Source: Schizochytrium sp. TIO01
Taxonomy: Eukaryota > Protista > Bigyra: Labyrinthulomycetes
NCBI GenBank assembly: GCA_004764695.1
Contig: SMSO01000033.1
Coordinates: 2,232,001 to 2,296,000, forward strand
Direction of reading: 5' to 3'
DNA length: 64,000 bases
Within the stretch, counting starts at the first letter, position 1. The number at the start of each line of letters is the position of its first letter. Below, piece by piece: positions 55,370-64,000 of the stretch. A program made the position numbers and the translations under genes. The notes beneath the pieces are model-generated. The model worked only from the letters and a program-made list of their open reading frames with translations. It had not been told where the DNA came from and searched no databases.

Positions 55370-58330
55370 ATGAAGCTGGATGGAGTCTCATATGCTGTTG
55401 AGGACTTGCCTACGTCAACCTTATGCGTGCTCTTCTTGCTTGCACCCTGTGCTGTAGCGTACGCTGCCATCGGAGTGCATCAAACCCGCGCTGATCCCGA
55501 GGAGGCCGACCCCACTCTCAACTCGAAGCGGATTCCTGGTTTAAAATGGACTCGACAAAGCATCATGCTGCTTCTAAGGGAGTTTACAGTTCTCGGAGGG
55601 ATCATGTTATTCACATGGGCTTGCGAAAACTACCCCTTATTTGAGCACGCGCAAAAGACTCACATTCCGGACTTTTTCTGGTTTATTTGCCTAATGGTTT
55701 TGATGTTTTCGATAGGATCTTTACACCATGATCCAAAGAGTGATGCGCTTGTAAATCGTGACCAGACTGAGGAGTGGAAGGGCTGGATGCAGACTGCGTT
55801 TCTTCTGTATCATTATTTTCACGAGGAGGAGGTTTACAACGCTATTCGTATTTTTGTGTCGTGCTACGTGTGGATGACTGGGTTTGGAAACTTCAGTTTC
55901 TTCTACATTCGCCAGGACTTTGGTTTTGTGCGGTTTGCGCAGATGATGTGGCGGCTGAACTTTCTGGTGTTTTTCCTCTCTTTGACGCTCAACAATACCT
56001 ACATTCTTTACTATATCTGCCCTCTGCATACATTTTACTTTCTACTTGTGTTTGTTACAATGTATGTTCTAAAGCAAATCAATCATACCAAGTATTCTGT
56101 GCGAGTGAAGCTCCTGGCAGTTGGTGTATTGATCTACTTCATTTGGGAGTTCAATTCAGCTTTCGAGCTCGTATTTGGTTTACTATCCAACGAACCACAC
56201 CCTGGCGCCGCTGTGGGAGCTTATGGTATTCGATACGAGTGGCACTTCCGAAGTGGCCTCGACCACTACTCAACGTATTTTGGTATGATTTTTGCCTGTA
56301 ACTTCCCACAATCGACCCAGTGGATTCAAATGGTTGAAAGCCTTCCGAAGCACCAAGAGTGGTTCATTAAGGGAAGTGTAGGCGCGACTTTATTGGGCGC
56401 CTTTTGGTGGTGGGCTACTGAGATCTTCCCACTGGACAAGCTTCAGTTCAACTCGTACAACCCATATACTTTCATGATCCCGCTCTTGACGTATCTTTTT
56501 TTCCGCAACCTAACACCATGGTTGCGCCAAGTTCATCTTGGCGTCCTTGCTGATATTGGTAAATATACTTTGGAAACTTACCTTCTACAGCACCATGTTT
56601 GGCTCACCACGAACGCAAAGACCGTTCTGGTTTTTGTACCTGATTCGCCCAAGGTTAACCTTGTGGTTGTCACCTTCGTCTACTTTGTTCTGGCACGCCG
56701 CCTTTTCCGAATCACGATGGTGTCACGTGCCTTGCTTATGCCAGACTCTCCTGCACAGACACTTGGTTTACTTGGTGCATCTGCCACAGCTCTTGCTCTC
56801 GCAGGGTTGACTGGCTGTGCTGTGCAAATGTTCTCATTAGGCTGGGGGATGGTTACTATTTTAGTTATCGCCATTGGCATCCTTTTGGCCTTTACTTCAG
56901 AATCGATGGTGACACGCCATCGAGGAAGAAGCCCGGAGTTTAATCCTGGCTCATGGAACCGTGCTGTCATTTTCTTCTTGTTTGGCTCTGTTTCAGCGTT
57001 GATCAGCATCAATGTCCTCCCGTCAATGTTCAACCTAGGTGCTCCGGTTAATGCTGGGCCTCTGCGCCATGCTACGAAGTTCTACTCGGAGGCGGCTTGT
57101 ATCGAGAAGGTGAAGTATGGTTCTTGGCTTGATTCTGGCAACAAGCTGTGCAAGTCTACATATAGCCCAATTTGCAATCTTCACTCATGGACTTGGACTG
57201 ACCATGTAGCAGAAAAATTATGCCACTACCAACACTTTACTTCTGAGGACGCCCGTGAACTTTTGAATGGCCGAACAATCCTTTTTGTTGGAGACTCCAA
57301 TACCTTGTACACTGCCTCGGCGCTTTACAGACTTGCAGAACCCAGTGCTGGCCAGTTTCTTCCTTTCGACTTAGACACAGGCGATGTGTCTTCCTCGAGC
57401 AGCGCCCTTTGGCCTATTTCTACTGCTCAAAAGGGCACAATTCAATATATGGGCGCCACCAACTATGATGGCCTAGCTGATCGTCTCAAATCTGATCCGG
57501 TTGCTACTAGCGCTGAAATCATTGTTGTAGGAGCATGGCTTGAGGACATGAGTTCAAAGTCCGTTTCTAGGGAATTTGCAGCTAAATCTTCTACGAAACA
57601 GCTTGAGGAAGTAAGTCATGCAGTGGGCAAGGACCGTTTCATGATTCTTAGCCCCCCAACAGTATTTGAGTCGAAACTGGCTGGCCCGCTTGCAACACGT
57701 TTGGCTCAAAGCAACACGGAGACCTATATCGGCCACCTGAAATTAGGGGCTGCTAGTTTCGGAGAGACGGATACTCAAACAGGTATCGAAACTCTTGCTG
57801 ACTTCGTGGTTGACCTCCATGCTATCACAGCCAATGCGTCTAGCATGTGCGAAGATGGTGTTCATTATTCTAGTGATGTTTATGATGTGGCCGTTCAGCA
57901 AATGCTTTTCGTGGTGAATAAACATCATCCAAATAAAGTAGCTGAGAGTACGACAGGGAAAAGTCAACAGACAAAGAAGGGCCAAGGGGGTGGCGTGGCC
58001 ATGTCCCCTACATGGGGTATGGCGACTCTTACACTTGCTGCGATTATGCTCTTTTCTATGGATGTATATGGTGGTGTGTCTGTGTTCCTTCTCAAAATGT
58101 TGCCACCGCACCTGTCCTTGAACTATGATACTTCTGTTGCTGAACTACATCAAAAGATTGGAGTTGTGAAACCTCACGAGACCAACGATGTGGAAGATCC
58201 AGACATTTATGATCCTGAGGAGGATGAGAAGTTCATAGATCACGAGGAAGGCAATCCGGTAGAGCATAGATCAACCCCGAACCCTAATTACGCCCCTCAC
58301 TCGGCCAACAAGCAAGTTGAACTGATGTAA
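55370..58330 (+). CDS. Cas1p/RWA-family multi-TM O-acetyltransferase with a C-terminal SGNH/PC-esterase (TBL-like) domain
   Basis: RWA/Cas1 motifs NRDQTEEWKGWMQ, RIFVSCYVWMTGFGNF, YYICPLHT, EWHFRSGLDHY and GKYTLETYLLQHHVW. These are followed by LNGRTILFVGDSNT (GDS, aa 641-643) and DGVH (DxxH, aa 829-832). Confidence 0.92.
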   Translation: MKLDGVSYAVEDLPTSTLCVLFLLAPCAVAYAAIGVHQTRADPEEADPTLNSKRIPGLKWTRQSIMLLLREFTVLGGIMLFTWACENYPLFEHAQKTHIPDFFWFICLMVLMFSIGSLHHDPKSDALVNRDQTEEWKGWMQTAFLLYHYFHEEEVYNAIRIFVSCYVWMTGFGNFSFFYIRQDFGFVRFAQMMWRLNFLVFFLSLTLNNTYILYYICPLHTFYFLLVFVTMYVLKQINHTKYSVRVKLLAVGVLIYFIWEFNSAFELVFGLLSNEPHPGAAVGAYGIRYEWHFRSGLDHYSTYFGMIFACNFPQSTQWIQMVESLPKHQEWFIKGSVGATLLGAFWWWATEIFPLDKLQFNSYNPYTFMIPLLTYLFFRNLTPWLRQVHLGVLADIGKYTLETYLLQHHVWLTTNAKTVLVFVPDSPKVNLVVVTFVYFVLARRLFRITMVSRALLMPDSPAQTLGLLGASATALALAGLTGCAVQMFSLGWGMVTILVIAIGILLAFTSESMVTRHRGRSPEFNPGSWNRAVIFFLFGSVSALISINVLPSMFNLGAPVNAGPLRHATKFYSEAACIEKVKYGSWLDSGNKLCKSTYSPICNLHSWTWTDHVAEKLCHYQHFTSEDARELLNGRTILFVGDSNTLYTASALYRLAEPSAGQFLPFDLDTGDVSSSSSALWPISTAQKGTIQYMGATNYDGLADRLKSDPVATSAEIIVVGAWLEDMSSKSVSREFAAKSSTKQLEEVSHAVGKDRFMILSPPTVFESKLAGPLATRLAQSNTETYIGHLKLGAASFGETDTQTGIETLADFVVDLHAITANASSMCEDGVHYSSDVYDVAVQQMLFVVNKHHPNKVAESTTGKSQQTKKGQGGGVAMSPTWGMATLTLAAIMLFSMDVYGGVSVFLLKMLPPHLSLNYDTSVAELHQKIGVVKPHETNDVEDPDIYDPEEDEKFIDHEEGNPVEHRSTPNPNYAPHSANKQVELM

Positions 58331-59205
58331 ATTTACCAACTGCTTCACCCTTTAAAGCATTCAAATGTGTTCATCAAAAGGGCAATGAGCTTACGAACGG
58401 AGAGAGGAGGGTGTTCATCAAAATAGCAAGGTGCATAGAGAGGCAACGATCACGCTTGAAATAGACCATTCGCCGGTTGAATATTAAGGCTACGATTGCC
58501 ATTTGCGCACGGACTAACCTACTACTCTTTCTTCCTCTTCTTCCTGAAATTAACGAACAAGTTTCCTGCATGTGCGCCATGCCAGTCATGCATTTATACT
58601 TTGTTTCACTCAATATTGACAAGCATTCTGTTCTAGGAACCAGTTTGATAAACTTGCAAATATTGTATTAGGGAAAATTTGGCAAGAGTAACTAGAAATC
58701 AAGCATAATTTTCCTTTTCTTTCATTTATCATTTAATATAGAAAGCAAAGAAACAAAATAAATTGATTTGAAGTGGTTGTGGAAGGTTAATTGACATATA
58801 GTTGTGTTCCTGTTTCACTACTAAATGGAGACGGAGGACTAAATCAAGAAATGACAAGAAGTGGTTTGGTTGATTAAATACCACAATGAATAAACAAAGC
58901 TCGCCCTACATCTACTGACCGTAATCTTAAATGACCAAAGGTGGGCTTACATTACATTTAATTTATTGCAGAGTATCGCTGGGAATGTCAGGAATAAAAG
59001 AATATTAAAAGAAATAAGGCATCAGTTTCTATCATTGTGTGCATAAAATAGAGTAAGTAAGTAGTGCATGGCTCTACGAAAGTAAAGCCATACGCAAACA
59101 GTCATTCGCATTTTCAATACTCGGTGTGCGTCTATTTGCAGATTGTATGTACTGTCTGTGTTTATCTGTCCGTTTGCAAAGTTGAATCTAAAAGCAGAGC
59201 ACGAA

Positions 59206-62200
59206 TTAGCAATTACCGAAAGAAGCCTCTTCGAGGGCAAGATTGAACTTGCGCATCAGCTGAGCCTTGCTAGAATATTTTGGAAGCCACAAATGAAAAG
59301 AGCACGTTGCGACACTTGGCAATCGCTCCTCCTCAGACGGTGTTTCAACCGACGTGACTTCAATAGTAAATGGGCGATGGGCGAAGCCCGTCTGACCGAT
59401 GGCCCGCCATCCGGTCGCCCACAAAAGTAGCTTTTGGCGATGCTCCTTCGATAAGGAAGTCGCGTATTCCCAAAACCACTTGAGTTGGGGGGTGTCTTCT
59501 TCGCTGCCACCCTTGTACACCGTGTTGGCACGCCAACGTTCTACACAAATATCCCGGTCGCCTTCAATCAGCGAACGGAGTTCCGAAGGGTTTATGAGCA
59601 TGAGCGCGAGCTTGCGGGGTACAATTTCATGAAAGCCCCTCTTGACAAAAGCAAGCTGTTGCGCTACATTCTCCACCAATAGTTTGTATGTGAGCATTTC
59701 CAGATAACGATCAAAGTTTTCAGGCGTAATCTCCTGCATTTCGCCGCCTTCGTACAAATTACTCATCATGCGTTTCATGCGCTGCTCGTCGTCCTCGTCC
59801 AGTCCGCCATACTTTACATCACCACTTTCAGAGGCATCACCATGGCTCGCATCATCGTCCTCATCTTCATCATCATCGCCAATCGTTGACTGGACCAAAG
59901 GTGGCCACTGCCTCCGCAGGCGTTTGTTCGCAGGCACGTCTTCATCGGATTCGCTATCACTCGAAAACGCTGACCCTGACGAAGAGTTTCGTTGAAGTCG
60001 AACACGTTTTGTCACGGGAATCTGGCTGTTTGCCCGGCTGAGACGTTGTGGTGCACTTGGTAACGGTTCAGAAGAATTTGGCGTCAAGGCACCCGATGAT
60101 GTGGTAGAAGTCGGTCCGGATGATGATGATGAAGAAGAAGTGACACGCTGTGCCACATTGTCTTCAATTTCGTCGTCATCTTTCGGAGGGATTACAGTTG
60201 CCCGTGAAGAAGCGAACTTGGGTGATATTGCTGAAGCAGAAGAGGAGGTCGAACCTGACTGGGCCTGTTGTGCAAGGAGATGATTCTGAAGGTTGAGCAG
60301 CTTGCGAAGCATATCACGATCCTGGCTTGCACGAGCAACCTTGAGCGCCTCGTGAAGATCTACCATGGAGGTGATTTGTTCGAGGTTCTTGGCCTGCTTG
60401 CGTTGCTGCGCTGCCCGGGCTCTGCGAGCCGATGAAGGACTCATAGGAGGGGTGCCAGCATCCCTCTCGAATGCTTCCTTCATCATAAGCTCACGGCTGT
60501 TCACCGTGAAGGTTAGATCCCTGAGCGAGGCACGAAAAGCGTCTTGGTCCTTATCGCGGAGCTGGCGAAGGCTTGAGAACGTCGAGTAGTACTGTTTGGA
60601 GACATAGCGGATGTCCTCGAAGCTTGGTTCTTGCTCGAGCAGCAGCTTGCACCACGATGGTACAAGAGCGACACCAAGAGGGTCTCCGTACAACACTGAT
60701 AAACCAAGAATTCGGCCCATGAGGAGGTACCAGCGCTGCTGATCCTCAAAGGTCATTCCCGCAAAGCATGGGTCTGGAGAGAGCTGCACACTATCATTTG
60801 GGTGAAAACCCGAGATGACTAGACCGAATTTGGGGTTAAAAAGCTGTCGGCTTAGTCTGCTTAGCCAATCTCTCCGTACACCACCGGCATCAATACCAAC
60901 CTGCTCTACCTCACCTGAGACGTACTGAATCTTGAGAGCATTTGAGCGAAGCTGGTCACCGTCAACGTCCTTGAACTTGCACATGGTTGACTCGAGAATA
61001 TTGCTGGGGTCTACGGCAACTTCGATAGCACTGAAGTCCATCTCAGCAGCTGCTGACAGAGGCCGGGACCTTGCCGCACAGGCAAGCACCTTGAGACGCA
61101 CTTCGAGAGTCATCTTTTCTATAGCGCCCTTGGGGAACTGCTGGACGACCTCAAAGAGGGCTTTGGCAGCACTGCAAACAAGTGGCTGGTTCTTGTTGTT
61201 GCTAGCAATGATGGAGGCCAGCAGACTAATAGCGCCTGCGCTGTGCACGGCATCAATGCACGCTGTTGCGCAAGGTCCATTCATCATGTAAATCAAGGTC
61301 CACAGACTATTCCACATGAGCGAGTCACCAGCGGAACCATTCCGCAAAAGGTCCACAAGTGCACGGCTAGCGTCAATTTGACGACGGCGCACCGAAGCAT
61401 CAGCAGGTTTTGCTGGAGAAGGGCAATCAGCGCCAATAAGAGAGCTTTGACGTTTGTTAAGGTAACCAAGACCGCCTACGGTGTTCAAGAGTACCTCATA
61501 GCTAACTTTGCGCTTATTGCGGTCTACAAGGACCTTGACCAGGACATCGTCGCAGGCACTTGTAAGAGCCAAGTCTGTAATACGAAGTCCCTGAGGCGTG
61601 CCGTGTTCTACGAAGCAAGCGAGGGCCCGTGTGGCGTTACAAAGTTCTTGTACAGTAGCAGCACGCTCGATTGCAATCTTGAGCTGCTCTAACGCACCCG
61701 AGAGCGCCATGTGCAGGCCAAGTCGAGGCGAGTGTTCGACTAGGAGACCGATTTCCTGGAGTAAGTCTGCGCGAAGGAACTCTGGGAACATCATGCTCCG
61801 TGAAAGAAGGTCTATAATACCCTTGAACACGCCACCGTTCAACAATGCATCAAATGCAGCTCCACCGAGTTTGGAGATACGGCGAATAACACGCAGTGCG
61901 TTGCCAGTAGTTTGCTGGGCAGACATAATCATAGGCTCTGGGATTCTGTGAGGTTCGTTACGGTACATGGCACTAACAACAGCATGAGTTGTCGTGACCT
62001 CGTCGATCATCATAAGGCAGCTAAAGATATTTTCCACAAAGGAGTTACATACGATAGGATTGGAAGTGGCAAGGGCGCCAATCACACTAGAGAGCAAGCT
62101 CGAATAAGCATGGACCACGCCATCCTCAAGACGGTGATCACAACGAAGAATGCACACAAGATCAACTGCGCGGGGTGCACAGCCAAGCAGGCTAGCGCGT

Positions 62201-63129
62201 TCAATGCTGCCGGCAATAGCGTAGGTAATGGTCCATGTTGCGGTTTCTAAAAGATGAGGAGAAATAACGTGGTATAGCAATAAAAGTCGTACAAAAATAT
62301 CTGCAAAGCCTGCTCGAAACACCTGCATAGCAGCACTCTCTGACTGGTTGTCAAGGAGGTAGCCGAGTCCTTGGCACAGGGTGACACACCGGTTGTCAAG
62401 CTGTGTCATCCTGGCGATCTGGCTGTTGCTGCCCTCACGCCTGGCCCTTAAGCTTGTATGTTCAATGACCTTTACTGTTGTGAGAATAGAGCGCAGCAAC
62501 TTACTATAAGTGCGGCCTGCCTTTTCGGGTTTAATCTCGCACATGCGCGCGAGCATATTTGCGACTCTTGCATTGAGCAGCGAACTTCGGACGCATCCTC
62601 GTTCCAACACGAGAATCAGTGCATCTTCGACTTTGCAAGCCAAGAACTGCTGGACGTCGACTTTTGCCTCAACTAGGAAGACCAAGACCTGCACGGCCAA
62701 CAGAAGCACGCCTTCTGAGGAGCTCGGCCTCCTAAGCCGCTCCACGATTGCTGCAATAGCGCCAGCCTCAAGTGCTTCCTGGATCCTTCGCGGGGACTTT
62801 TGCACCATGTACCCTAGTGCCGCCATCATTTGCAAGACAAACACCTGGTGCCCATCTCCACACCTGCCAATCCGAGTCACAAGCACGCCAACAATACCCG
62901 CATCCCCAAGCGCCTCTACGTTGCGCGGGTCCTGCTGAATAAGCGCCCTCAGCTCTTTGAGTCGTTCGAGGTCATGTGCGCCTGCGCTTTCTGAGTCGTC
63001 CCCGGGACCGCTACTGCTGCTGACCCTGGACCCTGCGCAAAGTTTATGTGCCGCTGCTGCTGCTTCGCACGCACCTCCGCCGCCTCCTCGCAGTGCCGCC
63101 ACCACGGCGGACGCTGCCTCTGCGTCCAT
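59206..63129 (-). CDS. ARM-repeat HECT E3 ubiquitin ligase (~1,307 aa)
   Basis: First ATG at 63129 (the track start is TTG). ARM-like helical repeats (ALGDAGIVGVLV, LEAGAIAAIV, AGAISLLA). HECT motifs GIDAGGVRRDW, WFWEY, LLLWATG, RLPSVATCSFHLWLPKYSS (catalytic Cys) and the terminal -4 Phe (FGNC). Confidence 0.93.
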   Translation of the reverse strand: MDAEAASAVVAALRGGGGGACEAAAAAHKLCAGSRVSSSSGPGDDSESAGAHDLERLKELRALIQQDPRNVEALGDAGIVGVLVTRIGRCGDGHQVFVLQMMAALGYMVQKSPRRIQEALEAGAIAAIVERLRRPSSSEGVLLLAVQVLVFLVEAKVDVQQFLACKVEDALILVLERGCVRSSLLNARVANMLARMCEIKPEKAGRTYSKLLRSILTTVKVIEHTSLRARREGSNSQIARMTQLDNRCVTLCQGLGYLLDNQSESAAMQVFRAGFADIFVRLLLLYHVISPHLLETATWTITYAIAGSIERASLLGCAPRAVDLVCILRCDHRLEDGVVHAYSSLLSSVIGALATSNPIVCNSFVENIFSCLMMIDEVTTTHAVVSAMYRNEPHRIPEPMIMSAQQTTGNALRVIRRISKLGGAAFDALLNGGVFKGIIDLLSRSMMFPEFLRADLLQEIGLLVEHSPRLGLHMALSGALEQLKIAIERAATVQELCNATRALACFVEHGTPQGLRITDLALTSACDDVLVKVLVDRNKRKVSYEVLLNTVGGLGYLNKRQSSLIGADCPSPAKPADASVRRRQIDASRALVDLLRNGSAGDSLMWNSLWTLIYMMNGPCATACIDAVHSAGAISLLASIIASNNKNQPLVCSAAKALFEVVQQFPKGAIEKMTLEVRLKVLACAARSRPLSAAAEMDFSAIEVAVDPSNILESTMCKFKDVDGDQLRSNALKIQYVSGEVEQVGIDAGGVRRDWLSRLSRQLFNPKFGLVISGFHPNDSVQLSPDPCFAGMTFEDQQRWYLLMGRILGLSVLYGDPLGVALVPSWCKLLLEQEPSFEDIRYVSKQYYSTFSSLRQLRDKDQDAFRASLRDLTFTVNSRELMMKEAFERDAGTPPMSPSSARRARAAQQRKQAKNLEQITSMVDLHEALKVARASQDRDMLRKLLNLQNHLLAQQAQSGSTSSSASAISPKFASSRATVIPPKDDDEIEDNVAQRVTSSSSSSSGPTSTTSSGALTPNSSEPLPSAPQRLSRANSQIPVTKRVRLQRNSSSGSAFSSDSESDEDVPANKRLRRQWPPLVQSTIGDDDEDEDDDASHGDASESGDVKYGGLDEDDEQRMKRMMSNLYEGGEMQEITPENFDRYLEMLTYKLLVENVAQQLAFVKRGFHEIVPRKLALMLINPSELRSLIEGDRDICVERWRANTVYKGGSEEDTPQLKWFWEYATSLSKEHRQKLLLWATGWRAIGQTGFAHRPFTIEVTSVETPSEEERLPSVATCSFHLWLPKYSSKAQLMRKFNLALEEASFGNC

Positions 63130-63168
63130 CGCCTCTGTCCTTCGTTCAAGGTCCTTGGCCGCAGTTCG

Positions 63169-63169
<1 letters not shown>

Positions 63170-63202
<33 letters not shown>

Positions 63203-63285
63203 CCAATTCGCTTGCAGTGATCGCTTGTGATTGATCGATTGTGATTGTTTGTTTGTTTGTTTGATTGATTGTTTGTTTGTTTGTT
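63170..63285. repeat. (CAAT)n and (GTTT)n microsatellites immediately 5' of the HECT gene
   Basis: Visible tandem repeats. Confidence 0.85.
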
Positions 63286-64000
63286 GCACTCACTCCTCAG
63301 AAATCGAACGAAGTTTTTGTTCTGTCGCTCTTTTCCTATTCTATATGCTCGCACTTTTTATTTTCTTTTGCAATAATCCAAAAAGGAGCCCCGCGCAACG
63401 ACACACGGACAACAAAAGGGCAAAGACCAAGACGCGAGGTGCTCGCGGGGTGCTTCACTGACGATGCGTCCTCTGCACAGACCTGGCTGCTGAGCCAAGA
63501 ATCCGCTTCTTCGCTCCCTGCGTCAAGTTTGCCGAGCACGTCTCCGCGCTGATCGTTCTGCCTAGCACCCGAGCTACAGCAGGCGATTGATTGATTTGAT
63601 TGATTCACTTGTTTGAATTAGCTTTTGCGAGCGAGCTGTTATACTAAAATGAGCTAGCTAGCTAGCTACGCCCGAGCCTCGCTCCTGCCGGTCTGCGCCG
63701 AGGCGGGTCTGCACCAGGCCCACGCCGTAGACTCCGGCCGGCTCTGCCCTGCGTCGATTTCCGGGCGCTCGAGTGATACTTCGGTTGGCCGATGACGAGG
63801 ATCACAACGAGCGAATCAAAGCTCAGTTAGCAGAATGACTGACTGACTAAAGAGAGCCACGGTGCCTCCGAACTAGGTCTCGGCCGCGCCACGGGTCAAG
63901 TCTGCGGCCGAGGCCGTAATAAGGTCGGCGGGCGGCTTTCCGCTGCCTGCCTGCCTGCCTGCCTGCTCGTTCGTCGCAAGCGGCGCAGCGCCGAAGATGG

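Overview
Eukaryotic nuclear DNA. It has GT-AG introns, mostly single-exon genes, C-ending codon bias and microsatellite-rich intergenic DNA. The architecture resembles a thraustochytrid/labyrinthulomycete stramenopile, but that assignment is inference only. The first ~28 kb holds only two clear genes: a dispersed pair of paralogous, secreted, Cys-rich ~1,150-aa proteins, each built of two VWD-like (GDPx..FDG) units and each preceded by ~10-12 kb of SSR-rich non-coding DNA. The remaining 36 kb is gene dense. It encodes a small multi-exon coiled-coil protein, a YoaB/Rid2-like RidA-family protein with an N-terminal anchor, a SAP-like/coiled-coil protein with an H1-like tail, a protein with three MBD-like folds fused to a PhyH-type Fe(II)/2-oxoglutarate dioxygenase, UBC6/UBE2J (2 exons), ECO1/CTF7, a ~2,890-aa BAZ/MBD9-like chromatin reader, a Cas1/RWA O-acetyltransferase with its SGNH domain C-terminal, and an ARM-HECT E3 ligase. 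The reader carries bromo, MBD, FYRN/FYRC split by a RAMA-like domain, DDT, a second bromo, Tudor-like and WHIM modules. The best candidates for an undescribed system are the MBD-dioxygenase fusion plus the neighbouring MBD+RAMA reader (possible DNA-modification reading/editing machinery) and the VWD-like secreted pair. All domain calls are motif recognition by eye; no database searches were run. No rRNA, tRNA, CRISPR array or intact transposon was recognised.
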